This document shows, one piece after another, positions 51,717 to 63,135 of a DNA stretch of 64,000 nt (position 1 is its first letter; the number at the start of each line of letters is the position of its first letter). The notes below the pieces were generated by a model. That model saw only the letters and a program-made list of their open reading frames with translations. It was not told the origin of the DNA and searched no databases. The DNA comes from Owenia fusiformis (taxonomy: Eukaryota), in assembly GCA_903813345.2 (NCBI GenBank), contig CAIIXF020000001.1, forward strand, positions 7,378,001-7,442,000. Direction: 5' to 3'. The translations under genes and the position numbers were made by a program.

Positions 51717-53129
51717 ATGCCAAAGAGAACTCTGCCTCAGAAAGCCCAGCAATTATCAAAGAGAATAACAAGATCACAGAGCCGTACCCTAGCATTTGAA
51801 AGAAGGCTGACTAATTTTATTACAACTTTACATAACAGGATCAAACTTCAGGACAATGCTAAAGACCTTGATAATCATCAGAGATACGTCCATGATACTG
51901 TCCAAACTATTTGTAATAAACTAGGAGAGCAATTCCCAACATTCAAAATTCAGGATTGTGGTATTCTACCAAATGGAAGCTATTACCACAAGACAAAGAT
52001 ACTGAAAGCTGATGAGTTTGATTACCTGATCCCTCTTGCTCTTGCATTAGACAAAGATGTTGCCATTCAACACAAGTCCATCACAAAGCTTGAAGTAGAC
52101 ATCCTAAGTGACACCCTAATTGATGTCATGAATGCAACATGCAGTGAACTTAAGACAGTCAAGATAAATGCTGTAAAGGATGGCAAACTACCAGTTGGTA
52201 TCACTAAATATCTCCGTAAAGCTATTGCTAAATGCTTAACTATACTGCACCATGAAGGCAAGCTTGACTATAAAGGTGAGACAGATATGCGAGATGATTC
52301 TTCAGGCAAATCTGAGATGTTATTGGACAAACAGATTGAACTGGACACAGGTCTCCATGGCCCATGTGTAAGATTAAGGCTCAGTGGCCCATTGTGTGTG
52401 GCCGATGTCGACTTAGGATTCTGTATGATTATACCCAAATCTAACACAAATGGTGGTTGCTACGTCGCTTTACCAATCCAACCTAACTGGGTGAAGTCCT
52501 TTTATGAATACCCAGAGAATTGTAGAGTCGATCAGCATCATTGTATGATTGTTATGACATTGAAATACATGATACATGTATGTAATAAAGATCTTCCAAC
52601 ATGTTACAGCTCTTTTGCAATAACTACGATTGTCCATAACCACCAGAGAAAATGTAACATGGAAGACCATGCAGGTAAAGAAAGAACATTAGGGAATTGC
52701 TTGCGTGATATAGCAAACTTTATGTTCAAAATTAGTGGCTTAAAAGAACATGGCAATACAGTAACAGTTGGCAGGAAATGGGAAAATGATCTGCCAAATA
52801 TTGACATCAAAAGGGTAAATCTGTTTGAATCGTTTTGGGTAATGGATCAATTATTTACACTGTTTCTCTATACATGGCTTGAATTCCTGAAATCTTCTGA
52901 TGAAAAAAAATATTCAAGTGAAAGCTATTGTCAACAACTTAAAACACTTTGTCAAAATATCACACTTGAGTTTATTAAGGAGAATAAGCTCCAATATCCA
53001 GAAAAGTGTGAAAAAATTTCTATGGAAGATCCGTATGAAATTCTCAATCACCTTTCCTCTCATCTGTCAATTTTATCACAAAAAGAGATCACATTATATA
53101 TAGGCAATTTAATAAAATACTGTACATGA
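51717..53129 (+). CDS. cGAS-like receptor (cGLR; Mab-21/MB21D nucleotidyltransferase), single coding exon
   Basis: 470-aa intact ORF: NGSYYHKTKILKADEFD (hGSx11EhD), third acid in DVDL, WVKSF, LKY, SSF, LGNCL, NLF motifs of the cGAS/Mab21 fold; acceptor ..AAACAG at ~51703; AATAAA at ~53349. Confidence 0.88.
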   Translation: MPKRTLPQKAQQLSKRITRSQSRTLAFERRLTNFITTLHNRIKLQDNAKDLDNHQRYVHDTVQTICNKLGEQFPTFKIQDCGILPNGSYYHKTKILKADEFDYLIPLALALDKDVAIQHKSITKLEVDILSDTLIDVMNATCSELKTVKINAVKDGKLPVGITKYLRKAIAKCLTILHHEGKLDYKGETDMRDDSSGKSEMLLDKQIELDTGLHGPCVRLRLSGPLCVADVDLGFCMIIPKSNTNGGCYVALPIQPNWVKSFYEYPENCRVDQHHCMIVMTLKYMIHVCNKDLPTCYSSFAITTIVHNHQRKCNMEDHAGKERTLGNCLRDIANFMFKISGLKEHGNTVTVGRKWENDLPNIDIKRVNLFESFWVMDQLFTLFLYTWLEFLKSSDEKKYSSESYCQQLKTLCQNITLEFIKENKLQYPEKCEKISMEDPYEILNHLSSHLSILSQKEITLYIGNLIKYCT

Positions 53130-54598
53130 TTCCAAATGTAAACTGTGTGTTCCTTTAATTTAATGAATATATATTAGCAATAACAATCACTTTGTGCCAT
53201 ATATATAAACTATAATACAACATAACCATAACTTGTAATGTTAAGACACGTAAATGTTGCAATGACACATAATGATCTGTCACTTACCAGAACAGCATCC
53301 ATATATAATGATAGTATACTCCCTGCCACAAAACACAAGTACACTGCAAATAAAGGCAAGACTTTTTTGAGCTTTGATATTTTCAGAAAAGATCTACCTA
53401 AGACTATTGATGATGCAACTTATAAAATACAAGGCATTAACATGCAAAATGTCACTACCTACCAATTGTTACAGACACAAACCACTAAATACCAACAACC
53501 GACTGCCGAAAACCATCCATAAAAAGAGACATTATGTCACCACTTCTGGTGGTAGCATAATAAATCAAATACATTAAATACATTTTGGATTTATTTAGGA
53601 TTAGAGTGTGCTCTAGATCCTTTTAAGGATGACTTAAGTGACACTTCACATCCATGGATGTATCAATGTATAGATCACTGCCAATGACGTAAATAGAGCA
53701 CTTTGACCTTCTAATCTGCCATTACTTCCTCTCAATGGCAGGAATATTGGATCTGCAGCAGAGCATCATTTATCAGAGAGTGGATAGATGTGTAGGAGTA
53801 ATAATTGACAAGGCTCTAGAGATATGTTTTATCTACACCTTTTTAGCTCATTGCGATTGGACTTCCAATACAAATTCCATTGTAAGCTGTGTTGTGCATT
53901 GCGATAACCGGGGCCCCGTTTGTCTTGATCTTTCTAAACGACAGATAAGAAGGGGTCTGCTAAACCAGGATGTGTGTAGTGCATTCCAATAAACAGTTCC
54001 TAAATTTATCCCAAATGTTGTCTTATAACTTAACTATAAGTAATACAGAACCCAGACAGTTATTTGAGTGTTATATTTCTGAATATCCTTTCTCAAATGT
54101 GACATGTGACCAAGCCCATAGCAGGAGGGAGGTTTGGGGAGTGTGGGTGAACCCACTTGAATTTTGGGAGAAAATTGTCAAATGTGACCCCCCTGAAATT
54201 TTCCAGAAAATGAATGGTTATGGTCCTGGCGACTGTCCGGGGTACTAAATAATACAGCTGCTTCACCAGATTAGACCTAATTACTCTCTCTACCATTACA
54301 GAATCATTGATATTCATAATTTTAAGAATCAGTATAAGATAATTGATCATTACTGATTCTAATTTGATATTTCCCATAATTGAATTATGAAGAACTGGTA
54401 CAAGACCTGAACATTATAAGATATTGATTTGATTCCGGTTGAAGGATGTGAAGTAATATATTGATATCTGGTCTATATTAGGTGCCAGAATATCAGGCAT
54501 CATGTAACATTTTACAATAAATCCTGCATATTGAAACACCTCTTACAATAAATCCTGTATATCAAAACACCTCTCTAATCTGAATACCACTCAATGCA

Positions 54599-54859
54599 CA
54601 CTGGCGGATCTGAAAAAAAATTTGGCCCAAACAAAATTTAGGGCAAAAAAAGGCCTTAAGGTCCCAAAAAGTGGGCCTTTTGTCATTAGTAGGCCTTGTA
54701 AGGCGTTATTTTTTAATTTCAGGCCAAATTTTGAAGAAAATGGGCCTCAAAATTTGGGCCCACTTTTTGGTTTTGGGGCCCAAAATTTTTTTCCGCGGAA
54801 GATTTGTTCTCTGACTGGAAATTTGGGCCCCCCCTTGTTGGTTCCCAGATCCGCCCCTG
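54599..54859. mobile_element. hAT-like MITE
   Basis: CACTGGCGGATCTG...CAGATCCGCCCCTG; flanks ATGCA / ATGTA. Confidence 0.6.
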
Positions 54860-55490
54860 ATGTAAATGCTTTTTGCTTACATTTTTTAATCTGCATTAGG
54901 CCTATACAGTACTTCTATGTTAAAAAACCCCAAAGGGATAACCTCAAGGTGAACAAAACCTGCCAATCTAAACACTTTTGACCAATCTCAATGCAGTTCC
55001 AATTAGACAAGGATTAACTGTGCTTTATTTGATAGACAATGATTTGCTAAATGATAATCTAGATGGGGATTTAATCAAATAAAACAGTCTCATGTAGATT
55101 ACTCTTAAGCCAAAGGCTAGTTGTAATAAGATAAGTGAAATCTCTTCAAAAACAGTCTATAAAAATACCATGAAAATCATTAAAATATAGGTTAGCCAGC
55201 AGTCAGTTTGACTCTATGGAATATTGTCATTTTAATTATTAAAGTTGGAATCAGATCTAGCAAAGAGTAGTTAGTATATAGAGTAGTATAATGACAATTA
55301 TTGTTTCAATTTTAGAATATTTTGGGCTCATATCATTCCTAATTGTTATGTCTATTTTCTAAAAATACCTAAAGTGTTATACTGCATTTGAGGAAAACTA
55401 AAGATTTTTAGAAGAATACACTCACTTTTCTATTCTATGGTTTCCATTTTTATTGGAGAATTTGAACATTTTTGCACTTTGAATCCTTAA

Positions 55491-55973
55491 AGGCCCACTT
55501 TACGTATTTTCAACGTTTTTGGACAAAATAAAGATGTACATTTGAATTTCATATTATGTCAAATGTATTAATTAGAACCTTATCTTTCATTTGACACCAA
55601 CAACAGCTCAAACTGACCACATCAAAGCTTACAATAAATTATCAAAAAATATTTTCGATCTGTCAAGCTTTATATATCAAGTTTTTATCAATGTCATTGA
55701 AAGATGGCAAAGTTGTTTGTATTACATGATACATTCATTTTTATTGAAGTGCCTTTTAAATCAACAATAATTTAAACATGCACTTTGTTTACATGTGCAT
55801 GCATGTCTAATGATCTCTGAACTTCAAATGCTTTTTTCTATGTGAGTTATTTTTTCTTGGTTCAATACTTAAAAGCATATCAAACTTTGTGTCATATTTG
55901 AACGAGTGTGTGAGTAACATGTTTCAATGATTTTTTTTTTTTAATTTTCTACATTATCAAGTATAGTGGGCCT
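55491..55973. mobile_element. Kolobok-like MITE, copy 2 (lacks the 168-bp insert)
   Basis: TTAA TSD; AGGCCCACT TIRs. Confidence 0.8.
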
Positions 55974-57505
55974 TTAATAACTTCACCAATATTCATATCC
56001 CGGATCTTTTGGGAGATATTATATTTGAGATTGTAAGGAATATATTGGTAGGTCAACTGTACATCTTGCTTACACTTTTGTCATGCCCTATAGATCTGAC
56101 TATGCCTTTAAGGATTGAGTGTTTTCACATTAAAATAAACAATCACCATTCCTGTAATAATATTCATATGCACTCTCGATCGATTTCATATGTTCAATAC
56201 TGATAATGTGTATGATGGAAAGATAAGTTTTAACTGAGAAAATGCTTTAGTCCATGTCGGAAAAACATTGTGGGTATTTGTCACATTATAATACTTGAGA
56301 TACAAAAACAAATAGTAGGAGCATTAATTTACTGTCTGACAAGTGAACATTATATTTCAATATATCATTACAACCAATTTGAACAATCAATGATATCTTC
56401 TGTGAATTGCCTGCTGGAACTGAAGCAAGAAGATGTATAAAAGAACCCTCTAATTAAGTTATTTTTCTATGACGTAAGCAATGTCAAACAAGTTATCTAT
56501 CACAGAATGACTTACAGTATAAAGAAAGGCTGCTACAAATTAATAACAAAAAGAAATCTGTTCAGCAAATTTAAATTTGGCAGTGTAACTCATTTTTATT
56601 CTATAGAGACCAAACACATGTATTTCTTATTCCAACTACAATTTCTAGTTGCTCACGTTTCTTAAACCCAAGCATGGGCTACGGGCCTGATAGGTTTACC
56701 TCTGAGTGGACATTTTCTCGTGAGAAAGCAAAATGGTGGCTAGGTCTGTCCCTCGTATGATCCAAACATTCGTGATGTAAACCAAAAGTTAAAATAAGTA
56801 CATCACATGTATGTTGTTTGTTTGTTATTTTATGATATATTATATATGTGTTATATATTTGTTCTTATTCGTTATTAGCTGAATGACAAACTTGAAAGAA
56901 ATTATATGGAAGCATAATAAGTTTATAACACTTTTAATTTGGAATGAAATATACATTATTGAATAACAAGATATTCACCAAATCTACCATTTCTCTTTTA
57001 TGTTACATTTTCAAACAGAACATTTCCTGGTGCATATACTTGGAAAATGTCTTAAAGACAGACAATTAGATTGTATGGGCCTAATGATAGCATGTATTGA
57101 AATGTTCAGAAGACTTACTATTGATTCCACCACCAATAAACTCACATAAGGCAATTACAAGTTCATACCATCAAAATATATTGCAGTCAAATGGAACTTA
57201 CCCAAGCTTGCATAAATTGATCAATAAGACATAAAAAAGGCTTCACAGGATAGGAGCCTTGCATGCATCTATGAATATTGATTCTAAAATACAAACTTAG
57301 AGGTATTGGATATCTTTTTTAAAATGGGTGTTGTTAGGGATAACATGCTCACGATATATATCACAATAAATTCAAAGATGTTTTATCTTAATTATAACTA
57401 TTGAAAACTGTTGAATCCCTGATAAGTAAACTGGAAAATTTGTAAACCTAACTGATTGTATTTTAAATCTGGAGGAAGTAGGCCAAGCAATTATTAATAC
57501 CAGGG

Positions 57506-57681
57506 CAGTCTCGCAGCCAGAATTTTCCAAGGAGTGTTCACTTTTTGAAAAATTCCAGAAGGTGTTCACTTTTGACAAAAATGGCCAAAATCACTTGAAA
57601 AGTGCTCAGAATGGTGAAAGCTGCATGGTTTTGAAAGAATTCCTCAACCCCCCCCCCCCCAACCCCCTGGCTACAAGCCTG
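57506..57681. mobile_element. hAT-like MITE with 5-bp TSD
   Basis: CAGTCTCGCAGCCAG...CTGGCTACAAGCCTG; TSD CAGGG. Confidence 0.65.
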
Positions 57682-58754
57682 CAGGGTATTTTACATGTTT
57701 GTCCCGATCATTGATAGAAGTAGGTAGATATCACTTATCTAATCCAATCCTGGGAATATAAAAAGATTTCTAATTTTAAGCTAATAAACTGTTGCAGAGT
57801 GGTACATTTTATAATAAATGTTCATGCAAAATGTTTAACATACAGTATACATATAACTATTGTGTCAAGGTACAGCTTCCAAAACATACTGTAGTATAGT
57901 TTTCTGAACATTACGAAATTAGTGTAAATTATCAGATCTGTACATTGACGCGTCAACTGAACGTTGATGATGTCATTGGAATTCGAGATGTAATATAAAG
58001 AACTTAGTATTTACTTCAAATACCATAAGTTTTTGGGTGGAAATTCAAATATTGTTCCAATCAAGTATCCAAAGTACAAATGTTGTTAATCATAAGGTAA
58101 ATGTGATTCTTTTTTTCCTCTTGTTTGACCAGTAAACTATAGTATCAAACACATTTTGAATACTTATTCCTTGTTATTCCGAAGTAAAAGCATATTACCA
58201 GGAGTGAATGGAAAAAATAAGAATTGATCATTATTAATCTTGAATGGGATACTGTTTCTTTTCACAAAATTATTTCAGAGACAGGTTGCTTGTATCAAAT
58301 ATGTTTGCTGCTGAAACAGAACAAGACAAAGAGTGAACAGGATCGCACCCTTGCATAGAATATGTAGTTTTCTGGACGGAAAATTCAAAATTGCCACCTT
58401 AACATTTACCCAGACTGCGCAAAAACGAATCAGTTCTAAACCTTCATATGTAGAAACCATGGGCTCTATCAGATGAATCCCTCTAACGGTTTGGTTGGAA
58501 ACTTGTAGACAAGCCTCGACAGATTTCAGGATGGAAAATCCAAAATCACACCCCATTCTCTTATACATCGTAGCACCGGAAGTTTAAGATGTTATACCCA
58601 GTATTTTACGCGTGAGTTTTGTAAGTACTCATTTTTTCGTCGTTTTGACAGAATATGGTCCTTTCCCTTTCATAGGATATATAATGCATTGACCTTACCA
58701 TGCAGATATACCTCTAGTATCACTACGTCTCGACATTTCACAGAACAGCATTTA

Positions 58755-59112
58755 GAAAGCTGGCACCTGTCATGTTGCATTCTGGGAGCCAATCCTCCTT
58801 GCGGCGTAATAGGGCTCATTAAGTTAGTCATTAAAGTGGTGAACATAAATAATTACTAACACTATGAAAAAGACATTCTGTCACATATGTCATAAATTTT
58901 TACTTCAGTGAATTGAGTGCTCTATTTTCTCCATCCCGGAACGTACAAATATAGTGGAAATTGTGTCCATAATGAAAAATAGGAACTTAAAAATTTGAAG
59001 CGATATTCACATGTAAATGCCGTCTCTTCAAATGTTGAGGTGATTTTGGAGCCCAATTACGCCGCAAGATGGATTGGCTCCCATAATGCAACATGACACG
59101 TGCCAGCTTTCA
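58755..59112. mobile_element. MITE with ~65-bp TIRs
   Basis: GAAAGCTGGCAC..GGGAGCCAATCC..TTGCGGCGTAAT mirrored at 59049-59112. Confidence 0.7.
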
Positions 59113-59180
59113 AAATTGGGGAACAGCGTCTATTGTGCTACTTAATGTGAACGAAAATTATTTTTCTACTGCTTGGGAGA

Positions 59181-59726
59181 TTATCGCATCCTACGACCCC
59201 TTTAGATTGTGGTCGTAGGCCCGTTTCATTCGTAAGCCTGTCTTTCTACAATGTCGGAGAATGAACTTCGCATTGCGCTATTAAATGACCTACCTCGATA
59301 CATTCCAGAGTATTTTAAAATTCTTTTTATGTTGTTAGATCGCCAATTGTATGGGTTTATCGTCAGAACGAAGAGATTTTAGTTTTTACATCGGAAATAT
59401 CTCAGCAATTTTCAAAATGTCGGAAGGGGAATTCCCCAGGGATTTCCCTTATGACTGGTGCATGCCGGGAACTGAATGGAGGAATTTGACGGTTGAACCT
59501 ACACGCAAATATTGCTATCAAAAACGAAAATATCTTCATTCTGCAGATAAACCCATACAATTTGAGATTCAACTATATGAAAAGAATTCTAAAATACTCA
59601 GGAATGTATCGAGGTAGGTCATTTATGTGTACAATGCATAGTTCATTCTCCGACATTGTAGAAACACAGGCTTACTAATGAATCGGGCCTACGACCACAA
59701 TCTAAAGGGGTCGTAGGATGCGATAA
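59181..59726. mobile_element. MULE-like foldback MITE
   Basis: Long TIRs TTATCGCATCCTACGACCCCTTTAGATTGTGG...; 9-bp TSD CTTGGGAGA (59172-59180, 59727-59735). Confidence 0.88.
59426..59448. promoter_or_regulatory. Two tandem NF-kB consensus sites
   Basis: GGGGAATTCCCC (59426-59437) and GGGATTTCCC (59439-59448) match GGGRNWYYCC; function unproven. Confidence 0.45.
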
Positions 59727-60510
59727 CTTGGGAGAGTTTGAGACATGAAACTTAGAATTTAGCTCATTGTGACAACTTTTGATGGTAATAATGTCTCCAA
59801 CTGTAAATTATTTTGACTCCTCTTTACACAGATGTTGGCCAGATTGTTTTGTAGTAGGATCATAGGCTCAAAGAATAATTCAGAAGATACGACACTAAAT
59901 TGGAAAATTTCAAAAAAAAATTGACCACCTTTCAAAATGTTCCTAATACAAAACGGTACCTGCTTCCCTGTGACAGAGTTTGCACTTATTTTATAGCTGA
60001 GATCTTCATCTTTCTATTTCTACTTGTTTGGTTCGAGTAAATAACCCATGGATGCAGTTATTTGACTTTTAATACAGCGAATATTTTTCACGAGATCCGG
60101 ACTCTTGTGTGTCCAAATATCATTGTACTGATGACGTCACATTTCTGGAACCACGGGAGCAACATTCAGATTTGGACAGACAAGAGTCCGGCGATAAAAT
60201 ATCACTATTTTGGCCTCTTATCAACGCAGTATTGCTTGAATAATGGTCATTGGTGATAAAAAAGTTAAAGAATAACAAGACGCTTCGAATGAGGTATGAT
60301 TTGTCACATATTTTTCAGAAATGGCTCCACAATCGTCATTTTAAAATTTGAAATTTTCCGAGGAGTCTCATCTTGAGGAATATTTATTGAGCTACTGATT
60401 CTACTACAAAATAATCTTGCCGGGATCTATGCCTCTTTACAAAGTTTTCTGTTTTGTGTTTGGACTGATTTAGATTATATAAACAAAAGCAGATTGAAAA
60501 ACTTATTAAT

Positions 60511-61050
60511 ACTTACGAATCTTAACGTTGACGTTGGAAACGGCTCAACTGCCTTTGTAAACTTGCTGAAATATTCCTGGAACAAAATATTGACAATTTT
60601 TTGTAGGTCATGTGAAACGACAGTCACATGATACCGCTACGAGATTTGTTTTCTAGGACATCCGTATACATTGTTTTTAGTGAATTTGTAGTATGGTAAA
60701 GTCTTTCACATAATCTTAGTACATTTTTGAGTCCATTTCACTCTTGCAAAGGTCTGATTTTTCTAAGAACATTGATTTCATATAAGTTAGAAACGAGATC
60801 TCGCAAGTATTTCAAAATGGTGAATGCGGTTTCAAAAATATTTTACTCCGATAACATCTATTATATATGCAAAAGTAAACAGATTCTGAACATGATCTGA
60901 ATCCTTAGATGATAAGTAAGGTACGTTCATGAGACTTACTCGAATATTTCTATTATTTCTGGTTATATTCATTTGAAAATTAGATATTACTTAAAAAATT
61001 CGTATCACTTCCGGGTTTGTAAAATAGATGTTAATGAGTGCATTTCAGTC
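60511..61050. promoter_or_regulatory. Putative bidirectional promoter (TBC1D5 / TMEM169) with candidate TBC1D5 non-coding first exon
   Basis: Minus-strand donor GTAAGT at 60511-60516; M-box/E-box GGTCATGTGA (60606) and GTCACATGA (60623); ETS-like CACTTCCGG (~61006). Confidence 0.4.
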
Positions 61051-61392
61051 TTATTATGATAATCGTCTTCAGTCACTTTGTCGGAGCATCTAGAAAGCTC
61101 ATGTTTGGAGCAATCACAGTGGCATATAATCGATTTATGTCCTGATTCTTGTTTGATTTTGCATCACCTGATCTGAGTGAATCAAGTATATCAAACTTAC
61201 CCGTATAAATGTACAGTGTATATTACCCCCATATTTTTCTCAAAATAGTCGAACCGCACACTGATTAGTCTATTTTAAAGTTGGGGGACTTTTTCTTAAA
61301 AGCCAATGGTAGGGCACATGCAATACTCACCTTTTTACGATTTTCGTATCGACAAGACATAAAGGTGCAACAAGGTCTGCAAAGTTTGAGAC

Positions 61393-62173
61393 CCTATCTG
61401 GCACAACCATCACTGTGTTATGAAGTCTTTTTAGTTTCGCAAGGATCCTGCCATGACCTGGTTGTGTTATTGTGATAGCCTTATATAACCGTGACAATGC
61501 TTTATAATATTGCATGGCCTGTCATGACCATGGTAAAGTTAAAGCCTGATATGCCCGTAACAATGCTATACTATATTGCAAGGCCTGACATGACCGTGGT
61601 AATGTTAAAGCCTGATATGACCGTGACAAGGATTGCAAGGCCTGTCATGACCATGGTAATGTTAAAGCCTGATATGACCGTGACAATGGTTGCAAGGCCT
61701 GTCATGACCGTGGTAATGTTAAAGCCTGATATGACCGTGACAAGGATTGCAAGGCCTGTCATGACCATGGTAATGTTAAAGCCTGATATGACCGTGACAA
61801 TGGTTGCAAGGCCTGTCATGACCGTGGTAATGTTAAAGCCTGATATGACCGTGACAAGGATTGCAAGGCCTGGCATGACCGTGGTAATGTTAAAGCCTGA
61901 TATGACAGTGACAATGGTTGCAAGGCCTGTCATGACCGTGGTAATGTTAAAGCCTGATATGACAGTGACAATGGTTGCAAGGCCTGTCATGACATTACAC
62001 ATATAGCATTGTCACGGTCATATCAGGCTTTAACATTACCACGGTCATGACAGGCCTTGCAATATAATATAGCATTGTCACGGTTATACCAAGCTTTCAC
62101 GATACCACGGTCATGGCAGGATCCTTGCGAAACTTAAAAACACTTAATAACATGGTGACGGTTGTGTTAGGCA
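61393..62173. mobile_element. Foldback element with asymmetric 57-bp tandem array
   Basis: About 8-9 copies of the 57-bp unit on the left arm, ~2 inverted copies on the right; outer inverted repeat TTTCGCAAGGATCCTGCCATGACC. Confidence 0.75.
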
Positions 62174-63135
62174 TAAGTCTTGCAATAGATAGCATGTGCA
62201 AAGTTTTACCTCTTCTGAGATTCGGCATGATGTTTAGTTTAACATCTTCTTCTTCCTACCTATTTTCTTGAAGTGTATTGATAATTATACATCAGAAGTA
62301 ACAAACTAATATATCAGAAATAACGAACTGGAAAAGCGGATTTCCTCTTTTTCATTTTTCTGAATTATGGAGGTGATAATTCCTGGTGGATATAATAGGG
62401 ACTACACATTTATTTCGTTCAGAGTGCCATAACTGAGGAACGATTGCACTGAACGAACTATAATGCTTCCCAGGGTTCAATTGTTGCACATGCATAGTGA
62501 GAATAAAAAGTGAAATGTCATTCATGAAGAAGAAAATGAATTTGGTCAATTTCCTCTCCTTTTGTTATCCATCAAAAGAATGTACGTGGAAAAGTTTTTC
62601 TTGCAAAAACATGCTGATATCGTTCAATATGCACATTGTTCTCACTTTAATCATCAATTTTTCCCCCACAACTACCTGTGTTGGGGTTTAAAACATTTCC
62701 ATTTTAGGACTTGTATTTTATACCTCGTCACTGAATTATCCATTGAGTGTTTTTTTCATTTTGCCTCAAGCTTCAATTTTTTCTTTATATGAGGTAAGTT
62801 TGGCCAATTCAGGCCAATTCATTGTCATATCTCATCTACCTTTCTTCAAATCAAACTTTGAATGAATTTTGAAATTCAGGAGGTATTTAGACATTTTCTA
62901 CAAAATCTGTTAGATCTCATATTCAACTTTATGACAGAAACATAGATTTTTATTATTGTGCCAAATGTGGATGAAGAGTATAGCAGGCTATATGTATCTT
63001 GCCTCTTTTTTGAACAGGTTTGGGAATATTTTTGCCTTGTCGCTTATTTCTTCCTGGCTATGCCACTGTGCAGTACTAGTAAATGTACTTTTTAGTATGT
63101 TTATTTTGTATTTTTCAGACAAACAAGGGATAATT

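Noticed and set aside
51717-53129. Bacterial CBASS CD-NTase or contaminant
   Set aside because: Has metazoan Mab21 C-terminal motifs, a splice acceptor and poly-A signal, is embedded among animal TEs and introns, and has no operon or effector genes.
61491-62006. 171-aa and 143-aa repetitive ORFs
   Set aside because: Translations of the 57-bp minisatellite within a foldback element; no gene structure.
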